The notes beneath the pieces are model-generated. The model saw only the letters and a program-made list of their open reading frames with translations, was not told the DNA's origin and ran no database searches. From a virus (lineage: Duplodnaviria; Caudoviricetes), in the IMG/VR virus record IMGVR_UViG_3300013121_000019, positions 1 to 64,000 of that record: a stretch of 64,000 nt of DNA, one strand, 5' to 3'. A program made the position numbers and the translations under genes. This document shows, in pieces, positions 19,932-30,200 of this stretch (positions are counted from its first letter, which is position 1; every line of letters begins with the position of its first letter).

Positions 19932-20792
19932 CTAACTACTGTGTCGTCTCATCACCGGCAGCACTACCTGCTCAATGGGCCATCCCTGTGCCAGCCGCCA
20001 ACGCAACGTTACATGGCTAACACCAGTGATTTCTGACAACTCACGAAGTGTGATCTTACGACCGTGGTAGTCCACCAGGTGGTTGCTTCTCCGATTCCGC
20101 TGTTGCTGCCTGTGCGTGGCCCACCGGCAGTTGTCGGGCCGATAGTTGCCGCTGTTGTCTACACGATCAATGGAATATCCGCCTTTGATGCTAGAGGCCC
20201 CAGGGCGTGGCCCCATATCGGCGATGAAGTGTGCAAATCCATCTGGTCCACGCCAACGGGCGCACACCTCGATGCCACGCCCGCCGTAGTTCGCATAGGA
20301 GGCGTTGGCCGGATCGGCACATCGCGAGATCATAGCCTTCCAGGCTCGATACTCGACGGTGGCGTGCTTGCCCACTGTATGCCCGTGCTTGAGCGACAGC
20401 TTGCCCGTGGCGCTCGACACTTCGCGCCGTAGGCACCCGCATGAGCGTGTGCAGCCGTAGAGCAGTTCGTGCTGACCCACATCCTTCGCGGTTCCGCAGT
20501 CGCACAAACATGACCAGCGCCCGCCACCAATGTGTGTCTGGGCCACAAGACGTCCGAAGCGCTTGTCTTTGAGGTCACGCCACTTTTTTGGCTTTGCTCC
20601 TTTGCGCGCCCTGCGGATCTCCTGCGCTAGGCACCCACAAGAGGCTGTGTCGCCCGAGCGCAAGGCGGACATCCGCACCGCTTTCTCGGTGCCGCACGTA
20701 CAGCGGCACAGCCAGAAGTAGGTGTTGCCCTCTTTCTTGACGAAATGCAGAACCGTCAGCCGCCCGAAGCGTTTACCCGTCTGGTCTTCCAT
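19932..20792 (-). CDS. Putative HNH homing endonuclease
   Basis: Two 'GKRFGRL...W.C.C.CG...SCGC' repeats, 'YGGRGI.VC.RW', 'SIDRVDNSGNYRPDNCRWAT..QQ.N', and a C-terminal HTH. Confidence 0.85.
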   Translation of the reverse strand: MEDQTGKRFGRLTVLHFVKKEGNTYFWLCRCTCGTEKAVRMSALRSGDTASCGCLAQEIRRARKGAKPKKWRDLKDKRFGRLVAQTHIGGGRWSCLCDCGTAKDVGQHELLYGCTRSCGCLRREVSSATGKLSLKHGHTVGKHATVEYRAWKAMISRCADPANASYANYGGRGIEVCARWRGPDGFAHFIADMGPRPGASSIKGGYSIDRVDNSGNYRPDNCRWATHRQQQRNRRSNHLVDYHGRKITLRELSEITGVSHVTLRWRLAQGWPIEQVVLPVMRRHSS

Positions 20793-20815
20793 ATGACCGA
20801 CCGTAACACAATTTT

Positions 20816-23800
20816 TCAGCCTAATGAAGCCTTCGAGAACGCGATCATGTTGGCCAACTCCATCACGGCGTCATGTCGACGTTTTCGGATGTCACCCTTC
20901 ATGGCAGCCGTTGAGCCCCGCTTGATCCCGACGATCGACTCGATCTCCGGGGTCACGAGTCCGAACAGGTTGTCGTAGGGGCCAAAGGCGCGACTGTGGA
21001 AACCCTCGATGCCGTTCAGCACCTTGGTGCCGGTTTCGTCCATCTCTAGGTCGCTCGTACCGAACATATCGAGCATCGTGGCGACCGGCCGCCAACCGTA
21101 CGCGCGAATGAACTCGTCCACGTCTACGCCCGCGGACTGACGGATGTAGCTGTAGAGGATCACGAGGAACTCGACGGCCTGCTGGATCGAGGAGCCAGCA
21201 TCGAGCTGCAGTAGCGCACCACCGTAGTTCCGAACATCCTCCCCGTTCGTGGCGGCAACCTGATCCGCTACAGCGTCCTGCACGGCTGCAGGAGCCGAAG
21301 TATCAACTCCACCGCCGGCCCTGGGGTCCGTCACGGAGATCGTGTCGGTGATCGAGCCGGTGCGGAAGAACGCCTGGTACGCCTTGCCGATGTTGGCCGG
21401 GTGCCAGACGTCTCCGTACCAGCCGGGCCGAATGTACTCTTCGGCCGGCAAGTCGACCTTGGTCTGCCGGTACTGCGGTACCAACTCATCGATGCGGTAC
21501 GCGCGGAACTGGATCACTCGGTCTGGGTTCAGCTCGAGCAGCGTCGGGATCTCGGGGCCGAAGTCCTTGGCCTTCTTCGCCACACCGATCGGGACACGCG
21601 GAGCGCCAGCCAGCCCCTCGCCACCCTTGGCGGCCTGCTGCTGGCTGACGAACACCGGCAGCCGCATGTCCATGGTGGTCGAGATGTAGGCGTCGCCACT
21701 GGTCTCCTGGAGCGCGTTGGGGTTGGCGTACTCCTGGGTCTTGTAGAGGCCGGTCGCGTCGCGCACGGCGCTTACGGTGCCGCCAGACGGCCCGATCGAG
21801 CCAGGCCGAGGCGGGTAGATGCCGGCCACGTCCGTCGAACGCAAACGCTCGTTGTCGGTCTTCTTCTGCACGGTCTGCACAGAAGCCAATGACCCCAGGA
21901 ACTCCACGGACTCATCGTGCTGCCGGGCGTAGCCGATGTTGTAGACCGTCGTACCGCCCTGCTGCTGGTCCACCTGATGGGTCACCTCGGTGAAGTTGCC
22001 GAGGAAGTGCGTACCGACGAATCCCTTGGACATGTCGGGACGGTAGTCCCCCATGCCGGTCTGCTGCATCGCGGTTGTGACCGACACCAGCGCGGCCATG
22101 TCGACGTATCGGTCGATGATCAAACCGGGGAAGCCGCATGCCACGAACGGGTTGAACTTCCCAATGACCTGCGTCTGTCGAGCCGCAAAGCGGTACTTGA
22201 AGTAGAGGAAATTGGCCGACCGCTGCGCGAGACCGACCTTCTTGAGGGTGGGATCCTTCGATCCCTGACGAGCGGCCATGATGTTGAGCTCCCCCATCTT
22301 CTCGAAGCGCGGGAAGATCCCGCAGAAGAGCTCGTGGTCCATCAGATCGCTGGTGAACGTCAGCGCCTTGGACTTCTTGATGTCCGCCACCTTCGGGGCG
22401 AAGTAGAAGTGATCGAACAGCTCGTCCTCGCCGAAGAACTGATCGTTGGTCTTCAGCAGGAATCGCGTCGGCTCTTCAGTGAAGTTGCGGCCGTAGGAGA
22501 ACTGAGTGTAGAGCTCCGGGAACAGCACGTTACACTTCGGCGGACTACTGAACCAAACATCGGGGCGGAAGATCTGTTGGTTCAACCGAGCCGGACGCGC
22601 GGTCTTCTTTGGCGTCAGGTTGATCTCAAGGTTCTGCACCTTCTGCATCTGCTCGAGTGCGTCCTTGAGCGGCACCGTGATGGCCTGGACAACCGGATCG
22701 GGCGGTTGCGGCTTCCACTTCATCCGGATGAGCGTGTCGGCCTTGCCGACCGACGCAAGCGACGTCGTGAAGTAGGAGACCGCCACGTCGATCTTCTTGG
22801 TGCGGATCTGCTGAGTCGTGACCGCGATGGTCTTTCGGACCGCAGCGATGCGACTCAGAATGTCGCTCTTGGTCGGCGGGTTCTCGACGTTGGTGTACGA
22901 GACGGCCGTGATGAGATCCTGCAGCTGCGGCACGAGCGTGTCGGCTGTCGTGGCGACGAACGCCTTGTCCGGATCGTTCCTGATAGGAGCCCGCACGTAC
23001 CCGCTGATCGTGCTGCCTGTGCCGGGCACGTAGCTAGGGCACGGCTGGCCAAACGTCTCGTGGAAGATCTTGCTCTGCAGGCTGTTGATCGTCTGGCGGA
23101 ACGAAACCTGACTCCCCATGTTGCCGAGCTCGCGCCCCACCAGGTAGTCGCAACCGCCACGAATGAGGTTCTTGGCAGTCGGGTCATCCTCGTAGGCCGT
23201 GATCATCTGGGTGATGTGCAGCCGCAGCTCCGCAAGGCTGAAGAAGGTGTTCTGCCCGGCGAACTTCTTGCCCTCGTAGTAGCTGCCGCCGATGGCCTCC
23301 AGCAGATGCACGATGCCGCCCAACATGCCCTTGAGCTTCGGGTAGTTGACCGACGGACTGTTGATGATGTTGATGATCGTCTCAGACGCACTCGACAGGA
23401 AGTCGGTGAACAGGTTCGTGCCGCCACCGGAGAACAGCGCCTTGTACCCTGGGCCGAACACGTCGGTGTTCTTGAACTGGAACGCGTAGTCCCAGTAGTT
23501 GGACCAGTCCATGCACTTCAGGACGAGCGAACGGGAGTGCGGGGTCTTGGTCCAGTCCCACCCCAGGAGATCGCCACCGAACAGCAACTTGTACTGGCTG
23601 GCACGGAAGTCATCTTCCAGAACCTTCTGGTTCTGAATCATGATCTGACCGTTCTCGTCTAGCGACGCCTTGTTCTTCAGCGACTGCTCCCAGACGTTGG
23701 CATCGACGGTCCCGTAGGTGCTGACCTTGGTGCCGTTGGCACCCGTGGTGCTGACCAGCGGGCTGGCGATCTCGTAGAAGTCGAGGAAGAAGAGGTGCAC

Positions 23801-23959
23801 TAGCGTCCGTGGGTGCAGCCGTGTGCCCTCGGGCAGTGGTGGGATCTGGATGGACGCCACACACGGTGCGTTGGGCTTGGTCTCGACAACGGCCGCGATC
23901 ACCGGGATCTCGACGCCCTCGAGGAACAGCCGCAGCTTGAGCTTCTGTGCGACCGTCAC
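20816..23959 (-). CDS. Baseplate hub / tail tip protein
   Basis: 1047 aa; hub-like N-terminus 'LRLFLEGVEIPV' and 'FNPFVACGFPGLI...FTEVTHQV'; near the tape measure gene. Confidence 0.55.
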   Translation of the reverse strand: MTVAQKLKLRLFLEGVEIPVIAAVVETKPNAPCVASIQIPPLPEGTRLHPRTLVHLFFLDFYEIASPLVSTTGANGTKVSTYGTVDANVWEQSLKNKASLDENGQIMIQNQKVLEDDFRASQYKLLFGGDLLGWDWTKTPHSRSLVLKCMDWSNYWDYAFQFKNTDVFGPGYKALFSGGGTNLFTDFLSSASETIINIINSPSVNYPKLKGMLGGIVHLLEAIGGSYYEGKKFAGQNTFFSLAELRLHITQMITAYEDDPTAKNLIRGGCDYLVGRELGNMGSQVSFRQTINSLQSKIFHETFGQPCPSYVPGTGSTISGYVRAPIRNDPDKAFVATTADTLVPQLQDLITAVSYTNVENPPTKSDILSRIAAVRKTIAVTTQQIRTKKIDVAVSYFTTSLASVGKADTLIRMKWKPQPPDPVVQAITVPLKDALEQMQKVQNLEINLTPKKTARPARLNQQIFRPDVWFSSPPKCNVLFPELYTQFSYGRNFTEEPTRFLLKTNDQFFGEDELFDHFYFAPKVADIKKSKALTFTSDLMDHELFCGIFPRFEKMGELNIMAARQGSKDPTLKKVGLAQRSANFLYFKYRFAARQTQVIGKFNPFVACGFPGLIIDRYVDMAALVSVTTAMQQTGMGDYRPDMSKGFVGTHFLGNFTEVTHQVDQQQGGTTVYNIGYARQHDESVEFLGSLASVQTVQKKTDNERLRSTDVAGIYPPRPGSIGPSGGTVSAVRDATGLYKTQEYANPNALQETSGDAYISTTMDMRLPVFVSQQQAAKGGEGLAGAPRVPIGVAKKAKDFGPEIPTLLELNPDRVIQFRAYRIDELVPQYRQTKVDLPAEEYIRPGWYGDVWHPANIGKAYQAFFRTGSITDTISVTDPRAGGGVDTSAPAAVQDAVADQVAATNGEDVRNYGGALLQLDAGSSIQQAVEFLVILYSYIRQSAGVDVDEFIRAYGWRPVATMLDMFGTSDLEMDETGTKVLNGIEGFHSRAFGPYDNLFGLVTPEIESIVGIKRGSTAAMKGDIRKRRHDAVMELANMIAFSKASLG

Positions 23960-25365
23960 GGGTTCACCACGTTGTCGATCTGATCGAGCTGGTCACACCC
24001 ACCTATACGCAAAAACTCCTCGACCGGTCGCATCTTCTCCTGGGCAGCCTCCACCGCAGCTGCACTACCGTTGAAGCGAACGGTCCAGTACTCGATGCGC
24101 TGCTGATATTCGGCATCCGACTCCGCTTCACCCTGCGGATCATTGATGTATACACGCGCCTCTTCACGCCCATTGCGCGCGCGTACGATCTCTTCGTTGA
24201 TGGCTACCCACTGTGCCTTGGCATCAGCACAGACCTGCACTCGGTCCGACATCGGGACGTTGGAGTTGGTGGCGACACCGCCACCACCACCGCCACCGAG
24301 AACCTTTTGCTGCTCGATCGGGTTATCCGCGGCAACACCGTACTCCTTGAGCAGCTGCGTCATCGAGTAGACGAACCGATCGTCCGCATCGACCGGCGGG
24401 ATGGAGCCTGGCGGCCCCCCGACGTGAGGTCCGGTCCACTCGTCGTAGTTGTCACTGATGAGGCTGCGAAGCGGCAGTGAACGCTGAATCGTCGGCGGCG
24501 GGTAGGCATCACCGTACATCGCGTACGACGCATTTCGAATGAATGCCTGGGTGTCCTGCCCAGGGAATGTGGCCGACGTCATGTTCTGCCGGATCGCATC
24601 CGACAGCATCTGGGTGGTGCCGAAGCCATTCTCGTCGGGCCAGATCTGACCGAGCTCCGTAGCGCTGGGGGGACGGTGCGACAGGGCGAATAGCTTGTCG
24701 TACCCGTCGGCAGCCGTCAGGTCGATGCCGGGCGGAAGGTTGACATCCGCACGGATCGGGTAGTTCGGATCCCCGATGAACGAGATGTTGCTGTAGTTCG
24801 TCAGGAACAACGTGAACGACAGCTGCACCTGACTCTGCTGCATGGCGGTCTTCTGCGCTTCCGCCTGCATCATGTAGCCCTCGACGATGATGTCCTCGTA
24901 GAACATGTAGAGACGGGCACCCATCTCGGCGAGCTTCGTACCGCGCAGGTACTGGTTGTAGTTCTCCCAGAACTCTGCTTCCCAGTTGAAGTCCATCGAG
25001 TTGAGCAGCAGCGCCTGCACCTGCAGAAACCTGGGCTTCTCTCCGAAGAAGAAGATGTAGGACTCGCCGAACGTCTCGATGATCTGAGTCTTCTCGACGC
25101 GCTGCTCGGCGACCGTCTGGAGGATGAAGTTGGCGTACTGGGCAGATTTGCCCGAGGCGTCGCTTGAGTCGAACAGGTGCAGCTCGGAGCCATCAGAGCG
25201 GATCACCCGCATGATCGCGTGGGTGTTCTCCTTGACCTCGACGCCGCGCAGTGGGCGACGCACAGACGGCACGCCAGCGTGAGCGTGCTCCAGGCGCCCC
25301 TTCTGCGCCATCGTCTTGAAGCTCTGGGCGAATGCGTCAGTCGAGAGCTCCACAAAAACTGCCAC
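23956..25365 (-). CDS. Tail/baseplate protein (tube-initiator-like N-terminus)
   Basis: GTG 25365 with RBS; 'FILQ.V.E...EK.QI.ETFGE..IFFFG..P' motif. Confidence 0.55.
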   Translation of the reverse strand: MAVFVELSTDAFAQSFKTMAQKGRLEHAHAGVPSVRRPLRGVEVKENTHAIMRVIRSDGSELHLFDSSDASGKSAQYANFILQTVAEQRVEKTQIIETFGESYIFFFGEKPRFLQVQALLLNSMDFNWEAEFWENYNQYLRGTKLAEMGARLYMFYEDIIVEGYMMQAEAQKTAMQQSQVQLSFTLFLTNYSNISFIGDPNYPIRADVNLPPGIDLTAADGYDKLFALSHRPPSATELGQIWPDENGFGTTQMLSDAIRQNMTSATFPGQDTQAFIRNASYAMYGDAYPPPTIQRSLPLRSLISDNYDEWTGPHVGGPPGSIPPVDADDRFVYSMTQLLKEYGVAADNPIEQQKVLGGGGGGGVATNSNVPMSDRVQVCADAKAQWVAINEEIVRARNGREEARVYINDPQGEAESDAEYQQRIEYWTVRFNGSAAAVEAAQEKMRPVEEFLRIGGCDQLDQIDNVVNP

Positions 25366-25415
25366 TTGAGCCGCCTTTCTCTTGCACACGGCAGCTTACC
25401 ACGATGGCCAAACCC

Positions 25416-25443
25416 GCAAAACCACCGGGCATAGTGGGCATAA
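25416..25443 (+). promoter_or_regulatory. Shared promoter-like motif
   Basis: GCAAA-N16-GGCATAA, with ATG 8 nt downstream. Confidence 0.6.
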
Positions 25444-25451
25444 TAGTCGTG

Positions 25452-25919
25452 ATGGGAACCAATACCCCCACCGACGCGAGCACGGTCGTTGCTCGCACCG
25501 TCTACCACGCCGACCACGGCGTCACCGCCGACCACTTCGACTGGGTGCAGGCCCAGCTCGGAGACGCGCAGGGATTCTTCCTCCGGAGCTTCAAGCTCCC
25601 GGAGAACCTGCCCGACCTGCAGAGTGCGCTCCACGGCCCCAGCGAGGGCGACCTGCCGGTGCCCAGCAAGGAGTGCACGTTCCGGTGCAGGAACGGCCGC
25701 CCCGTGGCCTCGCGCCTGTGCTGGCGCAAGCCGCGCCCGGCCCGCCACATCGTGGTGGTGGGTGTGCGGGAGGAGAACCGGCTGGTGTTCTTCACCGCGT
25801 ACGGCAGCATCAACGGCGTGCCCTCACCGCGTGAGCCCGGCGACACCAGCATCGACACCTGGGAGGGGGTGCTGGAGTCGAGGGCGTTCTGGGCCGAGCA
25901 CGCGCTCAGCGACGGGTAG
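25452..25919 (+). CDS. Accessory hypothetical protein (155 aa)
   Basis: MGTNTPTD...; 'FFTAYG....PREP.D......SRAFWAEHAL' motif; high GC3. Confidence 0.65.
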   Translation: MGTNTPTDASTVVARTVYHADHGVTADHFDWVQAQLGDAQGFFLRSFKLPENLPDLQSALHGPSEGDLPVPSKECTFRCRNGRPVASRLCWRKPRPARHIVVVGVREENRLVFFTAYGSINGVPSPREPGDTSIDTWEGVLESRAFWAEHALSDG

Positions 25920-25946
25920 ATCCGGTGCCCACGAGGGCACCGCTTC

Positions 25947-26017
25947 GAGAAGAGATGCTGCCCTTTGGGCCGTTTCTTCTTAGCTACTGGCAAAGCACAG
26001 GACAGAACACGGCATAA
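25947..26017 (+). promoter_or_regulatory. Hairpin-TAGCTA terminator fused to the next promoter motif
   Basis: Hairpin, then TTCTTAGCTACTG, then GCAAA-N16-GGCATAA. Confidence 0.6.
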
Positions 26018-26025
26018 CAGTAGTG

Positions 26026-26379
26026 ATGGGAACCAAGCCGACCCTGACGTCCGCACAGGCTGTTGCGGGCAACAACGTGATCGACATCTCCTACCCCTCG
26101 AACCCCGAGGTCCGCGGCGAGATGGTCGTGCGGATCATGCGGGCTGCGGCCGAGCGCACCGGCCACACCGATCTCGTCAACAAGATCGACTCGGCGGCCA
26201 ACTACAGCGAGCAGGTGACCGCCATCGGCATCGAGCTCAACGACATCGACAACCTGACCGGCGAGTGGCGTGACCTCATCCTCGCGGCCCTGCGGGTGCT
26301 GCCGATCGACGGCGAGTTCAACGACGACGGCGCCTACTGGGCCAGCTTCATCAACCACGTACGGGCGGTGGCGCCGTGA
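26026..26379 (+). CDS. Accessory hypothetical protein
   Basis: MGTKPTL...; high GC3; first gene of a three-gene operon. Confidence 0.65.
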   Translation: MGTKPTLTSAQAVAGNNVIDISYPSNPEVRGEMVVRIMRAAAERTGHTDLVNKIDSAANYSEQVTAIGIELNDIDNLTGEWRDLILAALRVLPIDGEFNDDGAYWASFINHVRAVAP

Positions 26380-26588
26380 AGCCGCTCGACGTGCGCGACA
26401 TGTACGCGATGGCGGCCCTGCAGGGGCTGCTGGCCAGCAATCAGTCTGGCGTCAACGCGAGCCTCTTGCACGAGGAGCACACCAGCAAGCTCGGTGAGAT
26501 CTTCGAGCAGCAGGTCCAGAACGCCACCGAGGTGGCCATGCTGATCGCCGACGAGATGATGCGGCTGCGCGAGAAGGAGCCAAAGTGA
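26376..26588 (+). CDS. Small phage protein of the 'RD.FA..A.QGL...A..IAD.M' family
   Basis: 70 aa with this common phage motif; GTGA overlap. Confidence 0.65.
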   Translation: MKPLDVRDMYAMAALQGLLASNQSGVNASLLHEEHTSKLGEIFEQQVQNATEVAMLIADEMMRLREKEPK

Positions 26589-26983
26589 GACTCCTACCTG
26601 GCCAGCACGAGGAGTGCTGGAAGAAGTTCCCCGAACAGCCGGTCATACGGGCGTCCTTCATCATGGACATCCTCGAGACCGCTGCGCGGGCCAAGGGCTA
26701 CCTGGCGTGGCAGGCGGAGTTCACCCGCGGCGACTGGATCCTCGCGTTCCAGACGATCCACATGGTGGTAGACCGCGACTACGTGGCGAGCCCGCTCGAG
26801 CGGGCCAACGCCCGTCGTGTGCGGCGTAACGACATGCGGCCCTGGTACGACCAGCAGTTCCGCGAGATGCTCGAGACGGCCCTCGACTGCTGGCCGACCG
26901 AGCTCGGCGGCTACCACCCCTGCCAGCACGAGCGCTGGGGTGACTTCCTCGACGAGATCTCCCTGGCCATTCGCGCCGGGTGA
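26585..26983 (+). CDS. Accessory hypothetical protein
   Basis: 132 aa; GTGA overlap; followed by hairpin and TTCTAGCTAC. Confidence 0.6.
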   Translation: MRLLPGQHEECWKKFPEQPVIRASFIMDILETAARAKGYLAWQAEFTRGDWILAFQTIHMVVDRDYVASPLERANARRVRRNDMRPWYDQQFREMLETALDCWPTELGGYHPCQHERWGDFLDEISLAIRAG

Positions 26984-27014
26984 CGGTCTCGTCGAGGATA
27001 TTTCCTTCTAGCTA

Positions 27015-27290
27015 CTAGATGATGGAATCGTGCTTGATGAGGAAGTCCTTCATCGCGCGGGTTGGCGGAACACCGCCGTAGGCGCTGACGGTCCATTGGG
27101 CCACGGCGATGGCTTTGACCATCGAGCAGTACGAGTCCTCCACGGTCGTCTTGTTGCGGACCGTGAACGTCAGCATCTTGCCGCGGTACGGCAAGGTGAA
27201 CGACCTCTCCTCGCGGCCCAGCAGGCAGGTAGCCGGGAGCCGCAGCGGTGTCGGGTTCTCGATGGTCGGTTGGTACAGTAGCGACTTCAT
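27015..27290 (-). CDS. Hypothetical protein downstream of tape measure
   Basis: 91 aa; ATGA overlap with the TMP stop. Confidence 0.55.
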   Translation of the reverse strand: MKSLLYQPTIENPTPLRLPATCLLGREERSFTLPYRGKMLTFTVRNKTTVEDSYCSMVKAIAVAQWTVSAYGGVPPTRAMKDFLIKHDSII

Positions 27291-30200
27291 GGCTTCCTCT
27301 CCGCATTCTTCGAGTTGATGGCCGAAACCACCTCGCCGAGCTTACCGACAATCGCACCCTTCATGTCGGTCAGGCCCGACACGACCTTCTCCGTCCCCTT
27401 GTCGGATGCCTTGGCCTCCTTACCACCATCTTCGGTCTTCTTCTTCTCGGCCTCGGTCTTAGTTTGAATGGCGCTGGCGCGCTCTGCCTCGGCCTTGCGC
27501 ATCAGTGTTGCAGCTTCCGCCGTCTTGCCCGCCTTCTGCGCCCGCACAGCATCACGAATATCCTTGGCTAGCTCCTTGTTGTTCTCGAGGCCGTCACGCT
27601 TCAAGAATGCTCGCACACCATCATCATTTGACAGATCGAGGTCTCCGACGCCCTCCTTGACGGCTTTGCTATCGGCGCCAAGGATGCCGGCCATCATCTG
27701 CTGGACCCCCTTGTCCTTGGAGCCTCTGGCCTTGTTGAGCTGCGCCATTGTATCGGACTGATCGCGAATGCCGCGAGCCATCCGCGAGTCGCCCTGTTCT
27801 TCAAGGCGGGCCGCCATCTTGCGCTGCTGCTCCACGGTCATGCCGCTGACCTTCTTCAACAGAGCCTCTTCGGCATCCCACGCCTTTTTCTGCCCCTCGC
27901 TGTCCCCCTCGCCAAGCTTCGAGCGGTCCTGTGCAAGTTTCGCAGCAGCCAGCATGATCTCTTCACCACCCTGGATGCCGGCAAGGGACTTCTTACCCTC
28001 AGCCGAGATAGTCAGAGTCTTGCCGTCCTTACCGACCGTGACGACGCCGCCCTTCTTGGTCATCTGGTCGTAGGCTTCCTTGCCCTCCTTGGCCATGATC
28101 TGCCGACTCTTCTCGCCGTTTGCCAGCCGTTGCTGCTGCGACATCATCACTAGAGTACTGGCCGCCTTGTCAGCGTCCTCCACCGACATACCTCCAGCGT
28201 CGGCGATCTTCTCCAGTTCTTCTGTCTTGGCGCCACGCGCCTTGGCCTCTGCGTACTTGCTGGCCGTCAACATGCGATTCTGCATCTCGTTGACTACACC
28301 CTCGCTGCCCTCCATGTCGCTTCGCAGCTTGTCACGGGCTGCCTGCACCTCATCCTGGTTGGACGACACAAGCCCCATTGCTAGCTGCTTTGCTTCGTCT
28401 GAGTTCAGGTACGCGTTGGCCTTACCCTGCTCTGTCTTACCGCGAAGCAACCTCGCAATGTCAAAGCCAACGTTGGAGATCACGTTGGTGGCAGACTCGC
28501 GCTTAGCGAACGGGTTCTCCACACCGAACCCGCTGGTCACCTGCTCCTTGTACTCTTTTTCGCTAAGTCGACGCTGAATCACCGTATCGGGAGACTTCAT
28601 GTGCTCGCCAATTCGGTGCTCTTTCTTTACTCCGGCGCCCTCTTCCGCAGAGTTCATCATGCGCGCCTTCTCTTCACTCGATGCGTTCTCGTACTTCTCG
28701 CGCAGACGAGGATCTGTGATCGTCTTGCCGAACGCGCGCAGACGTTCCTCTCCCTCCCCGCGAATGCCTTCAGAGCCTTTGCTCAGGTAACGATCAGACA
28801 GAATCTCGCCTTCGCGCTTACCGTATGCCTTGAACTCCTCATCGTAGTCAGACCCACGCGCCGCAGCCCGCATGCGATCGATCTCGTCAAGCTTCTTGCC
28901 GAGCGATGCGTCGTCGTTAACGCCAGACATGTCGTATCCGGCCTCTACGAATCGATCCTTGTTGTTTGTGCGCAGCATGCGAGAAATGGCACTGATTGGG
29001 TCCACTGCGCCGCGTGCTCCTGCTTCCACGAAAAGTGCGCGCTCACCGCCAAACTGTCCCAACAACTTTCTGCGCTCATCGAGCGCATTCCCCATGAACA
29101 TGTCGTAGGAACCGGCAGCTCCGCGCTTGAAACCGCCATCGCCCATGAAGCTTGCCGCGTCTTTTCCGGTGATCTTGGAGAACTTGTTGGCCTGCTCTGC
29201 AGAAACACCAAAGTGACCACCGCGCACAGCTGCGCCGCCGCCGACCATATCGGACAACTTAGCCGCAGTGTCCGTCATGTGCGATTCGTAGGTACCCATC
29301 AGATCGTTGATTGTGTCATCAACCCAATTGGAGGCGTCGTTCATCATCGTGCGACCGGCTTCCTCGAAGCGCTCCTTGACCGCGTGGGTCACGGAATCGA
29401 TACGCTTCTTCACGCCGGCAAGCCCCATGTTGGAACGCCGTTCGGCATCCGCCTTCAGTTGCTTGTCTAGGCGTCCAGCTCGCTGTTGCTCCTTCATGAT
29501 CTGCGGCAGGTCACGCGCCATCTTCATGATTGCGTCGGTCTCATCAGCAGAAGTACCGAACTGCCTGCCAGCCCAGATGGCCGCACGGTCATCCTTCTCA
29601 TTGAAGAGATCGATGCCCTTACCCTCAGCCCACTGACGCATCTGCAGCGCGGCCCCCATACCGGCGAACTGCTCCATCGCAGCGCTACGAAGCTTGCCTT
29701 CGTTGCGGATGAAGTTGGCACGGCCGACCTTACCGAGATGCTCGCCCGCGGCCCCACGAGTATCACCGACCGTCATCTCGCCGTTCTTGATGCGATCCAC
29801 CACATCCATGTCGAGGGTGCCGTCTTTGCCGGCCATCGACGCCAGCATCCAGCGGCCCTTGGCGGACCTGAAGAACTGCGCGTCGATCTGCATCATCCTG
29901 GTGGCCATCGCCTGACGACCCTCTGCACCGTCGAGGCCCGTAGCGTTGTAGATGTCCTCGTTCGACATCACGCCGAGCTGCGTCGCGGTCCCGACCGTAC
30001 CGAGCGCCCGCATGCCACCGATTGCGCCCTGCTTGCCAAGCCCGCCCATCGACCGTGCGATCTGGCTGCCGATCTGACCGGCCGCCGACATCTCTGTGAG
30101 CGACATGTTGCCGCTGAGGGCCATCTGGCGAGCCAGCTGAGTCGCCCGCAGCTTGTCGGCGTTCTGGAAGAAGCCACTCGACTGCTGGGCCTTCGAGAAC

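Noticed and set aside
21917-23662. Long antisense ORFs (also 772..2190, 15946..17370, 29486..31138, 33155..34789)
   Set aside because: These are shadow ORFs opposite real genes, expected in high-GC3 DNA, with no recognisable motifs.
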